Source of the DNA: Antedon mediterranea
Taxonomy: Eukaryota > Animalia > Echinodermata
DNA: 64,000 nucleotides
Direction of reading: 5' to 3'
NCBI RefSeq assembly: GCF_964355755.1
Contig: NC_092679.1
Location: 5,300,201 to 5,364,200, forward strand
Both the position numbers and the translations under genes were made by a program. Below, piece by piece: positions 14,668-25,728 of this stretch (position 1 is its first letter; every line of letters starts with the position of its first letter). A model generated the notes under the pieces. The model did no database searches, was not told the origin of the DNA, and worked only from the letters and a program-made list of their open reading frames with translations.

Positions 14668-14833
14668 GACGGTACGAGAGTACGGCGGTACTAGAGTACG
14701 ACGGTACGAGAGTACGACGGTACGAGAGTACGACGGTACGAGAGTACGACGGTACGAGAGTACGACGGTACGAGAGTACGACGGTACGAGAGTACGACGG
14801 TACGAGAGTACTGTACGACGGTACGACGGTACG
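14668..14833. repeat. 16-bp minisatellite (GTACGAGAGTACGACG) x~10
   Basis: Read directly; unit is a dimer of related 8-mers. Explains ORFs 14542-14853 and 14646-14846. Confidence 0.95.
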
Positions 14834-14937
14834 ATCTCGTATTTGATTTTCAAATGAACTATTATGCCATGTTAACTTCTATTGGACTTTTCTTGTTATG
14901 TTGTTTTGATTTTCACCAAATGAATGAATAAATCTAA

Positions 14938-15042
14938 AGCTCTGTCTACACTATCAAACAAAGTAGCGTCATGCCCAAAAATAGTAGTGATTTGACATCA
15001 TTTTTTTTTTGTCACATACAGTTTGATAGTGTAGACATAGCT
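14938..15042. mobile_element. Harbinger-type MITE family A (105 bp)
   Basis: 22-bp TIRs AGCTCTGTCTACACTATCAAAC / GTTTGATAGTGTAGACATAGCT. TAA TSD at 14935-37 and 15043-45. Confidence 0.85.
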
Positions 15043-15610
15043 TAAATATTTCTTCCTTGGTCTTCGTCATAATTATTATGTTATTATTTTGATTGATTAT
15101 AATCATTTATGTTTTATTTTAAAGGAAGTCACTTGGAACTAAAATGTCACTTGTCAACAATCAGCTGTCAGAGAGATTTCAATCATTCGAATTCATTTTT
15201 ATTTTTCAAAAAGACCAAAAACAGATGCGACTTTTTAGCTGCCGAGATTAAACGTTCACGAATCCCTTTGGACTGGTCACCATGGAAACTTTACTTTTAC
15301 GGCTACATGACGTAGTCTCCAAACGAGAACCGTTTAGTAAAGAGCAGCCTATGGTGCTTCTCAGACGTTTGAGATTTTCTACAATCTCGTTACATCTCTG
15401 TCTGACCAGAGAAGCTTTCAAATTGGTCGAATTGAATGATAGCAATTTTATTGTCATTTTGATATTAAATATTAATAATATTACAAATAAACAGAACTAA
15501 AATTTGCTAACGCTTCAAATCAGTTGCCAGCAGTCAATGTTTTTAGAGTATTCAAAAAACGTGTATTTTACGAGTATATTGGTCATTTGCAAAAATTATG
15601 TTACAGGGAG

Positions 15611-17828
15611 GCGATTTTTTTTTCCGTACGAGAGTTCCTCCATCGGTTCGTTTCGGACTCAATCGACTCTTCGGTAAGCCACCGATGCTCACTGATGCGT
15701 GACAGCAACCACAAAACGTGAGCAGCTTCTTTGCACGAGTGACAAATTTATACATACTATACTAGAGGCCTAATACTATACTCACTGTAAATATAATAAT
15801 AAATGTAGTACTGAACGTCATTGTAATAATAATAATAGTCCTAGAATTTTAATAATATAATACTGTATAGGCAGCCACAAACCAATGTATGTACCATCAG
15901 ATTCACAAACAGTAACACACACACACAGCAGCAGCACTTTGTTGGTTGTCACAAGCAAGGCCAGCTAGCCTAGCCCTACGTACGTGTGCTTCAATGTAGT
16001 ACATTCCATCTACAGTACTATTTTTTATTTTAATAAAATGAAGTAGTAGGTTAGAAATTATATGTACAGAAGTAACACTAACAGATGTTTTTATCAAGAA
16101 AATTACAATTTTCTTCAGGTTTTTAAGTGTAACATTTGAAAAATTGTATATGTTATGCGCGATTTGAACGATTTGCGCAATTTGAAATTGCGCAAAAAAA
16201 TCCTTGCGCAATTTGAAATTGCGCAAAGAATTCTTGCGCAATTTTAAATTGCGCAAGGATTTTTTTGCGCAATTTCAAATTGCGCAATCAACTTGCGCAA
16301 TTTCAAATTGCGCAAGAAAATCTTTGCGCAATTTTAAATTGCGCTGCACAATTTGTAAATTGCGCAAGATAGTTCTTGCGCAATATGACACCTTTGCGCA
16401 ATTTGAAAACGAACTGTAAATTTTCCCATACATGGCTAGGCTAGGCCTAGGCAGAGGAGTTTAAAATTTAGTATTTTATTATATAAATAAGACCATTTCA
16501 ATGAAGATAATGTTTAATACTCACTTTTTAAGTTTTTAATATTAGTTTAAGCTAGGCCATGTAACCTAGTCAGTATCAGTAGTCCAGACCCTAGCTAGGC
16601 TAGAGTAGTATAGCCGGCCGCCCGCGCCGCGCCCGCCTGGTGGAACACCACCGCTTCGTTTTCCTTCGTCGGTTCTTCGACGGTATGCTAACTTATAACA
16701 ATATTTGCACTACTAAAATAAGGAAATGCGATATTTATCTTTAATTTTGAATCATTCTTAGAAATTACTATAAAAATATGGGTGTGCATGATTTCACAAT
16801 CTGTCGAAAAACCTTGCGCAATTTGCAGATTACTTGCGCAATTTAATACGTTGCTTGCGCAATTTGAAACACATGTTTCAATTCAAATTGCGCAAGGATT
16901 TTTTTTGCGCAATTTCAAATTGCGCAAATCGTTCAAATCGCGCAAGTAACATGTATTCTTGTAAGTTGTAATGTATAGAAACACATGCTTGCTTATAAAG
17001 CGTTTAATATCGTGTTAATTTAATAATTGATGATAGTATCACATATAATTATAAGCTTCCTGGAAAATGTGTTATTATTAAATGTATTTGTACTATTGCA
17101 GTCGTGTCAGTACCGTAATTGAATGTTTTTTACTTTGCATGTATTTTTTATGATTTTCCAAATTACATATAATAAACAATAATATTAGTTGTAGGCCTAT
17201 AACTTAATTAAAACTCCAAAGTTGCCTATTATTAAAAGTCTGAAATCTTTTTTTAAAGATTGGGGATAATTAATACGTACACCTTTAACGTAAAATTTCC
17301 ATTACCTTACAATATAAATATTAATTTAATAATATTATTTTAAAAGGTATAAAAAACATACACTGTGCATAGGAATTCCTACTGTACATAATCATTTTAA
17401 ATTCAAAAGTAATACCTTGCATAGGCTTACACAAGCTAGCCTAGCCATGGGCTAGCTACAATACCATAAACGATAAGAAAAAGAGCCTCTCGTTCGTGAC
17501 AAAAGGTCGTTCAACTTCAAAAAATAATATCTGATACGACCTACTATTGGGTCGTAGACCTAAATATCTTCAATATGCTATTGGGTTCTTAATGTAATTA
17601 CTAAGTAGGCCTAGTATTTATTAATTAATGTCATCAAATCAAAACTCGTATTAGTGTAGATTTATTTTACTATTGTGAGAGCCTGTGGGAAAGTAAGCTC
17701 GCGGTTTGTAAATGTAAATTGTATTATGTTGTCACGCATCAGTGAGCTGACTTTACCGAATACCGAAGAGAGTCGATTGAGTCCGAAACGAACCGATGGA
17801 GGAACTCTCGTACGGAAAAAAAAATCGC
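15611..17828. mobile_element. Non-autonomous Mutator-like (MULE) element, 2.2 kb
   Basis: TIRs of ~95 bp, first ~60 bp identical (GCGATTTTTTTTTCCGTACGAGAGTTCCTCCATCGGTTCGTTTCGGACTCAATCGACTCT). Exact 9-bp TSD TACAGGGAG at 15602-15610 and 17829-17837. No transposase ORF. Confidence 0.9.
16149..16953. mobile_element. TA-flanked TIR element nested in the MULE, with TTGCGCAA subterminal arrays
   Basis: ~70-bp TIRs ((C/T)ATGTTA..TGCGCGATTTGAACGATTTGCGCAATTTGAAATTGCGCAA). TA at 16147-48 and 16954-55. About 20 TTGCGCAA palindromes (manual count). Confidence 0.85.
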
Positions 17829-20518
17829 TACAGGGAGAAGTCTAACAAAAGCCCCTTGACAGGTTCATAAGGTCAAACCAGCAAGGAAGAACTTTTTTTC
17901 ACAGCTATATTCCACATTTTCACTTTACATGTGTTGTACAGAATTACGTTACCACTTAAATGAACTAGTTTTCAACCAAGCTCAATCACATTTCACTCAA
18001 AATATCATTTACTTTAGTCAGTTATTTAGAAATAAAACATTGAGTTTGATGATGGATAAAAAAACCAATCGATAATTGAGAGAAATGGAAGCAAGGAACG
18101 TCCTACTAGAGATGTATCTTCACCAACGTATGATTGGCTAGACTTGACATAAAATAGATCAATTTCATTTAATCGATCGGCAATTCTCATGGATTTCCGG
18201 ATAGAACAATTGTATACTGCAGTATTATATAATATAACTAACTAATGAATCTATAATGTTATAACCTATAACTAAATAAATAGTATCACCTAGACATTAG
18301 CTCCCAGTTATCATCAAAATACTAACGTTTTACATCATCTTACGACAAGATTACAGTGCAGAATAAAATTATAAAAGCCACATTATTGGAAGCGATAAAA
18401 AGGAATTTAATTGGATATAAAATCAAGAACGCCAATAAAAGTGATATAGCCGCAAGCAATATTTGACAAAGTGTGTATGGGCAGTGGCTGCTTTTATAGA
18501 TCATTTTTTAATATGCAAGTGTGAAACTCTTTTTCGCTTCATCGCTTATAAAGTGAATTGGTGTGATTATGGTGATAGTAATGTTTCAATCATCGTCAAC
18601 CAAAATACTTTTAAAACTATTTATTAAACATCTGATTTGTATAAATAGATAGTGATAGATGTTGATTTATGATGATGGAATCGACTGACGATCATCAAAA
18701 CTATAATGTGAAAATAACAAGAATTACGATAGTTGATGAAAACAATATCAAAACAATGAAGATGATCAGATAAAGTTTTATTCTTCGAGTGCTCTTGGCA
18801 ACGATGATGGCGCTACTGTAATTTTGTTCAGAGCAATAGCTTAACTAGGATACATACCCTTTTTTCTTTAATTCCAAGTAGACTTATGTACTTTGGTAGA
18901 GAGTAATAAATACAATCACGTCTAAAAAAGGAAATACCCTATGCCTCATTTAGCCTGGTATTTATATTTGATAAGGCTTTTGGTCAGACGAGAACTGAAA
19001 GTCAACATTTTTTACATCACATACGGTAATAAATATCAACTAATAAATCAACACTAATATTCCAGCTATTGATTCGTTCTGAATTTATTTTTGTTTAAAT
19101 ATCAGATATCAAATCTTGAACAGTGATCCATTGGGGTGAGGTCATTTGAAGGCAGGTCAGAAGTCCAAACACCGGAAGTACCATTGTATTAACAATTTCC
19201 TACTGTCTACCGTTATTTTGAATATATAATAATATACAAATAACTACTGAACTACTGTGTAGTAGTGGTCAGACTAAGAATATCTGAAGTATTAATAACT
19301 ACTGTATACGCTGTCTATTCAGAAAGAAAATAACATTGTGGTAAAAGTTGTTTCACATGGTTTCTTTTGCAATAAACAGATATGTAAAAATTTGTTTAAA
19401 ATATTGTACTCTACTTCAATTTATACTAGAATCTGACAACATCGCCCATCTAACCCACACACTATCGTCCTCCTGTCCCATATATCTTTATTCAACGTCA
19501 ACTATATAAGCGGGGTGGAAGGAAAAGAGTTGGGGGGGGGGGGAGAGATAATGAGGATTGGTCGAACTTATATCACCTATGAGAATGGGAAAGAGATTCC
19601 ATTCCTGTCAACAGCTGGGTTTCCAAGAGAAAAAGCATTAAACATTGTTTTGCACTTTCATGACTTTTGGTCATCCAATGTTGACTGATGTTGTTTGTCA
19701 ATCAGTAAAACTATTAACCGTTTAGTTTGGTTAGGGTAAGAAAAATGCAGTTCAAATGTCATCGTTAAACGAGGCAAGGAGGTAGTATTTTGCTGAATGA
19801 GGTGACAAAAGTTGACACCTTGCCAGTTGTGTCTGCATATTTCTACGGTACACGCAACACTGATGTATGACAACTACAGTTAGTAATTTAATAGTACACA
19901 GTGTAACTGTACGGAACTAATTGAACTAATAAAAAAGACATATCATTGTACATTTTTAAGAAGTTAGGCATATTATTAGTTTCAATTTAATCTAAACATG
20001 TTCCAATTATATATCGTACATTAAGAACAAGATCATATACATATAGAATGTTGAGGGATTCTACAATGGTGTTTACCATATTCATCTGGTGTTAATAATA
20101 AGCCTTTTGAAAAGCGACGGACAACGCGTTAAAATCTGTGCATGGTTCTCACGAAAACGCAAAATAGGCCAACGCAACGAAAGACCACAACGCAAATATC
20201 CTAGCTCATTGGCGACCAATTGTTTTGCGTTACGCCCGGCGTAATTGCGATGCCTAAAAGTAGCATGCATAAGATACATACATTCGTTTTATTCAAAAAG
20301 TGTGTAGGCTGCATCAAACGCATCCCAGTTTAAGATGATGGTAATATAGTAAATTGTATTTAATCTAATTCGAGGTGTTATTGTTCCAGCCGTGTTGATT
20401 TAACATTATCCAAATAATGTCCAAATGGTTGGTGGCGCTGTGGAGAAGCAAGCGTGTACCGTACATAAAATATTATGACGTGTTGGTAAATACTGTATAT
20501 GATATCTATGATGATTCT

Positions 20519-20520
<2 letters not shown>

Positions 20521-20580
<60 letters not shown>

Positions 20581-20644
20581 AATAATGAGGTATGTTGGCG
20601 ATGTTGATTACGTAATTATAATGTGACATAATATCAAAATGTTA

Positions 20645-20676
<32 letters not shown>
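20521..20676. repeat. (GAT)20 and (GAT)10 microsatellites
   Basis: 20521-20580 and 20647-20676. Produce the poly-M and poly-H ORFs in the track. Confidence 0.98.
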
Positions 20677-21708
20677 ATAGCAATGACACATAAATGATGC
20701 CAATTTTTTTTTATGCAAACAAACTCTAATGGAATTTATAAAAAAATGTATAATAAAAAGGTACGTTTAAAGTAAACATATCAGCTTAAATGATAACTTT
20801 TCTAGGTCGATTTAATTACTCTATCCCGTGCGACCATCGCTCTACAAGTGTAAACCGCGTTGTTTATAATAGCTTAGGCTCAAGGTTAAAAAGTAAACAA
20901 CACAAACGGCCTAATAGTTTGAAGTGTAATGAAAACCAATCAATCAAAGCTGTTCTAGAATAACACTTGTTTTATCTTGTTGTCTTTCACTGTGATTTCA
21001 TTTGCCTACAAATGCCGGTGGTCCCAGCCGAATAACTTAACTATGGCGCGCCAAGTGTTAAATTAAATGTAATATAAAGGAAAGACCTGTGTTTGATTTA
21101 TCATTATACAGGCCTACTGTAAAATCATCGATGCATTCAAGATCAAGTACGGGTGATTGTCTGACTAATGCTATGAATCCAACTGTACTAAATTAAGTAA
21201 TGTTTTCTATCTAATTATGAACGAAATATATCTAACGTGAAGGATATTTGGCGCACCATACCTGGTGCCCAAAATATCGGTTCCCTTTTAAATTAACGTA
21301 AACATGTTTGAATTGTCTATTCAGTTTTATAGTGCCTGGTAAAAATGTATCTACCATTTTAAACTATACGATATGCTGTTGATTATATTTTCATCATACA
21401 TAGTAGTTAGGGTGACCCAATGCGTTTATAACAAGGGAGTGAGAGCTAATAACATGGTGTATAGGCCTACTAATCGGCGTTATACTTTTAATCCAAACAC
21501 CGGTACAAACATGTTATATCCTATGCGTAAAATATAGGTTATAATTTATCACCAATCACAGGTAATATTGAGGTGGACTTCAATGTATTAAACCCTATAC
21601 CTTAATTACAAAAACAAACTTACTCGTTTCAGTCAGCAAACACTAAATCGTCTTCGTTATTTCTTCAGCTTAATTAGGCCTACGTAATAGCAGCATATGT
21701 CTAGTACG

Positions 21709-22859
21709 TTATTTGCATATCCAGGCATTCTTTACTGTACAGAGACAGTGCGATTCATGAATATTCAACACATTTTAACAATGATGTTAAATGTCTTTGT
21801 TTCTTGTTTTGCCCTGCATGCTTTTATTTGCATATCAATACATTCTTTAATGTACAGAGACAGTACGATTCATGAATATTTAACACATTTTAACAATGAT
21901 GTTAATGTATTTGTTTTCTTGTTTTGCCCTGCATGCTTTTATTTGCATATCCAGGCATTCTTTACTGTACAGCGACAGTACGATGCATGAATATTCAACA
22001 CATTTTAACAATGATGTTAAATGTCTTTGTTTCTTGTTTTGCCCTGCATGCTTTTATTTGCATATCCATACATTCTTTACTGTACAGAGACAGTACGATT
22101 CATGAATATTTAACACATTTTAACAATGATGTTAATGTATGTGTTGTCTTGTTTTGCCCTGCATGCTCTTATTTGCATATCCATACATTCTTTACTGTAC
22201 AGAGACAGTACGATTCATGAATATTTAACACATTTTAACAATGATGTTAATGTATTTGTTGTCTTGTTTTGCCCTGCATGCTCTTATTTGCATATCCAGG
22301 CATTCTTTACTGTACAGAGACAGTACGATTCATGAATATTCAACACATTTTAACAATGATGTTAATGTATGTGTTGTCTTGTTTTGCCCTGCATGCTCTT
22401 ATTTGCATATCCATACATTCTTTACTGTACAGAGACAGTACGATTCATGAATATTTAACACATTTTAACAATGATGTTAATGTATTTGTTGTCTTGTTTT
22501 GCCCTGCATGCTTTTATTTGCATATCCAGGCATTCTTTACTGTACAGAGACAGTACGATGCATGAATATTCAACACATTTTAACAATGATGTTAATGTAT
22601 TTGTTGTCTTGTTTTGCCCTGCATGCTTTTATTTGCATATCCAGGCATTCTTTACTGTACAGAGACAGTACGATTCATGAATATTCAACACATTTTAACA
22701 ATGATGTTAATGTATTTGTTTTCTTGTTTTGCCCTGCATGCTTTTATTTGCATATCCAGGCATTCTTTACTGTACAGAGACAGTACGATTCATGAATATT
22801 TAACACATTTTAACAATGATGTTAAATGTATTTGTTGTCTTGTTTTGCCCTGCATGCTT
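21709..22859. repeat. 115-bp tandem repeat x10
   Basis: ATTTGCAT recurs exactly every 115 bp (21711, 21826 ... 22746). High unit identity with two variant classes. Confidence 0.98.
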
Positions 22860-23324
22860 GTCATCCAAGCTGTGATCAGGATGTTTGTTACATTCTTAAA
22901 TCTTATGTTTTTTTATTTGAAATAAAGGATGATTTTTTAACTATTATGAGGATTATCGTCATCACTATACATACGAAGTGGAACATCGGGAACAAGTCCT
23001 GAAGCTGAAGGTAACTATTTGGTGTTCTCCAAACGTATTCATTATAGCGGTTTACCTTTATAGAACTGCCACAACGTAATGCTATATATGCCTACACCAC
23101 ATCTAAATGTACACATGAAACATAACTAACGCTTCTATCATTTGTAAATCTAGATGTGATTATAAAGAATTCTTAAAATACTTTATTCATCTGAAAAATG
23201 CATTGCAAAAATAATGGTATGGTATTCATCCAGCTCTTAAAATGGCTTGATACTATATGTAAAATGTGTTTATTATTACTATTATTTTAAAATTAAATGA
23301 AAACAAAACATTTAGTTTGTACTA

Positions 23325-23451
23325 CAATAGAATCCCTATAAAAGAGACACTTGGATAGGGGTTCCCGTTTACGCGGAAAGTAGGCCTACCGGTAATGTGC
23401 TCCGGTAATGTGTTCCATGAATAGGGGTGTCAGATGGAAGGGATTCTGCTG
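23325..23451. mobile_element. Tc1/mariner (pogo/Tigger-like) MITE, 127 bp
   Basis: TA|CAATAGAATCCC ... GGGATTCTGCTG|TA: imperfect CAG-type TIRs with TA TSD. Confidence 0.7.
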
Positions 23452-23781
23452 TAATTTTTCTTTCCTTTTTTAGTATTTATATTGAATTGGATTATTTTGT
23501 AATATCACGAACTTGTGTAAAAACAATCAATGTTGATTGAACAAGTTGTACTGTACATCAGTCTCGTGAATAAATAAAGTTTATAGTTTATATTATATTT
23601 CCTCATCTTTATCGTTTCAAATTAATTAATTAACATTTCAGTATATCACCGGGCGGTTTAGAACTAATGTTCTTTGCCTGTCGTGTTTATATATTATATT
23701 CATGAAATGTATTATTTGAAACTCGTACTTACTTTTTTTAATACCTTATTCATTTGTTCTATTATTGATTGAAAGAAAGAA

Positions 23782-23825
23782 AATAAATGTTTACGTTGAA
23801 TTGAATTGAATTGAATTGAATTGAA
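23782..23825 (+). repeat. AATAAA followed by (TTGAA)6, probable non-LTR retroelement 3' tail
   Basis: Similar ATAAA-(TTGAA)n tails occur at ~12124-12148 and ~12484-12508. Confidence 0.55.
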
Positions 23826-25372
23826 TTATATATTTATATATCTTCATCAATTATCATCGAACAAATCATTATAATATAAGTTTCATCCTTATATTCAATG
23901 ATATCTGTCAAAAACAGTATTTTAAAATACACATTATTATTGTTATTATTTATTATCACTAACATTATCAGGATGACATAAGAAACTTATTTTGGCCTTG
24001 TAATTTGTTAAATTATAGAGGAAGCAATCTGCGCATGCTCAGTAATTGAGAGGGAGCTATTGAATCGAGAGGTTTGTTTTAAACAGTAGTAGCTACTTAT
24101 GATGCGTCATGTGTATGTTGGAAGCGCAAACATTTTGTTGATTGGTTGACTTGTTTGTCTGTCAGTCCGTCTGAATTTACAGTATTTATATCAGTGAACA
24201 AATCACTTAACATTAATTCTGTGGGGGTTTATTTTCCCCCAATATACTATTATTGAAATAATCAGTGTTTATCCGGTAACTGCCTACGGATGTTATTTTT
24301 CGAATAACATGACCGAACAATCCTATAGAGAATAACCTGCATCATAAAAACACTTGATTTTACCTGATTTATAATTCTTTAAATCTTTTTTATTTCCGGG
24401 ACATTTTGTCATCGGATAAAATACTTATAAAATGCTTCTGCAAATCTCTTATGAGGCGTTACTACAATTCTATAACTGCCCAAAAAGTGTTAATGTCATT
24501 CTAGAATTCACTATTGGTTTTCCTTAATATTGATCGAAGTTGTATTGATGCGAAAGAGCCTCACACATAGTCCCCTAATATGCAATTGTTTGATGTGGGT
24601 CTGACTGAGTGGGTTTGAATAATATTCTACACTTCAGTGTGGTTCTAAATAAATGTTAATTGATTTAACTAATGTATTATATCATGTACTATGAGTTTGC
24701 CTTTTGCCCAAACCGTTAATTGGAACAATATGTAAAGATTTACTTTAAATATGGGCCAATTTCGAAAGTTTAGGCCTATTCGATGGTTGACTCAATTTGA
24801 TGATATCGTTGCTATGGTGAGAAGTAGATCATCCATACCAGGTCAATTTTAAAAACTCATGACGGCTGTCTTGCTCAACATTTGTGATCCGTAATTCGAT
24901 AGGATGTTACCTGCTGCGTAACTAGACCACATTAACAGCGCGTACATTATTGGTGTGAGCGCACTCTTTGGAGGCCGGGATGTTGACGCGTCGGCCTCTC
25001 AACGCACCACCTCTCATCTTCAGGTAAAGTATGTCATTCACAACTCAACATCACTGTCCTCTAATCATCAATAATATCTCGCATTGCTCCTTCTCATATT
25101 TCGATTAATACATATAGGCCTACTACTATTGATCTTAAAAATATTACATTAATTTACAGTATGATATTATAAAATATTGTTTATTTTGTTTACAATGTAA
25201 AAGTTCTATTCCCAAATCAAACTATTTGTTAACAAAAAGGTGCATCTGTATACAAGGGATTTATGTATCATTCTTTCCTGATTTATATTGTATACTATTA
25301 TAATATTTTACAATTGTTGTATTGACATTTTAATAATAATCAGCGTTAATTACACTATTTAAATTGTAGCAA

Positions 25373-25728
25373 TATTATTTTATTTTATTTATTTTATGTC
25401 TTTAGGCACTGTGGCCAAGGATTACCAATAGTGAATTAATCACTGTCCTATCAGATAGGTGGTAATCCCCCTGATACAGAGGCTATTGTGTGAACCAGTT
25501 CACCGGGGTAACCCCCTACTCTTTTTCGAATAATGAACTGGGTTCTTTAAAGTACACACAGGTTATAACTGTGTACACTGGACCTACGGTTTATAGTCCT
25601 TATCCGAGAAGACTTGTTCCACCACCAGAACTAGGAGCGAGTCGGCCTCGAACCCTTGCCGATGTTGTTGTTGGCTCTTTAGGTACGATAAACGGCGCCC
25701 CTGCCTTAACCGCTCGGCCATATGACTC
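25373..25728 (-). mobile_element. Full-length tRNA-derived SINE with Nin/Deu central domain
   Basis: Minus strand: A box TGGCCGAGCGG (25710-25720), B box GGTTCGAGGCC (25644-25654). Core GGATAAGGACTATAAACCGTAGGTCC...TTAAAGAACCC...TTCGAAAAAGAGTAGGGGGTTACCCCGGTG resembles the Deu/Nin domain (recognised from memory). (AAAAT)n 3' tail. Confidence 0.85.

Noticed and set aside
10844-16419. Repetitive ORFs at 10844-11151, 14542-14853 and 15903-16419
   Set aside because: Stop-free readings of minisatellites and TTGCGCAA arrays; no domain similarity.
20378-20629. Poly-His / poly-Met ORFs
   Set aside because: Artefact of the (GAT)n microsatellite.
21697-22925. Overlapping 69-103 aa ORFs; possible CRISPR-like array
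   Set aside because: The ORFs are translations of the 115-bp tandem repeat. Units are repeated in full with no unique spacers, there are no cas genes, and the context is eukaryotic.
25640-25728. tRNA gene
   Set aside because: A and B boxes are present but there is no cloverleaf, and the sequence continues into a SINE body and tail.
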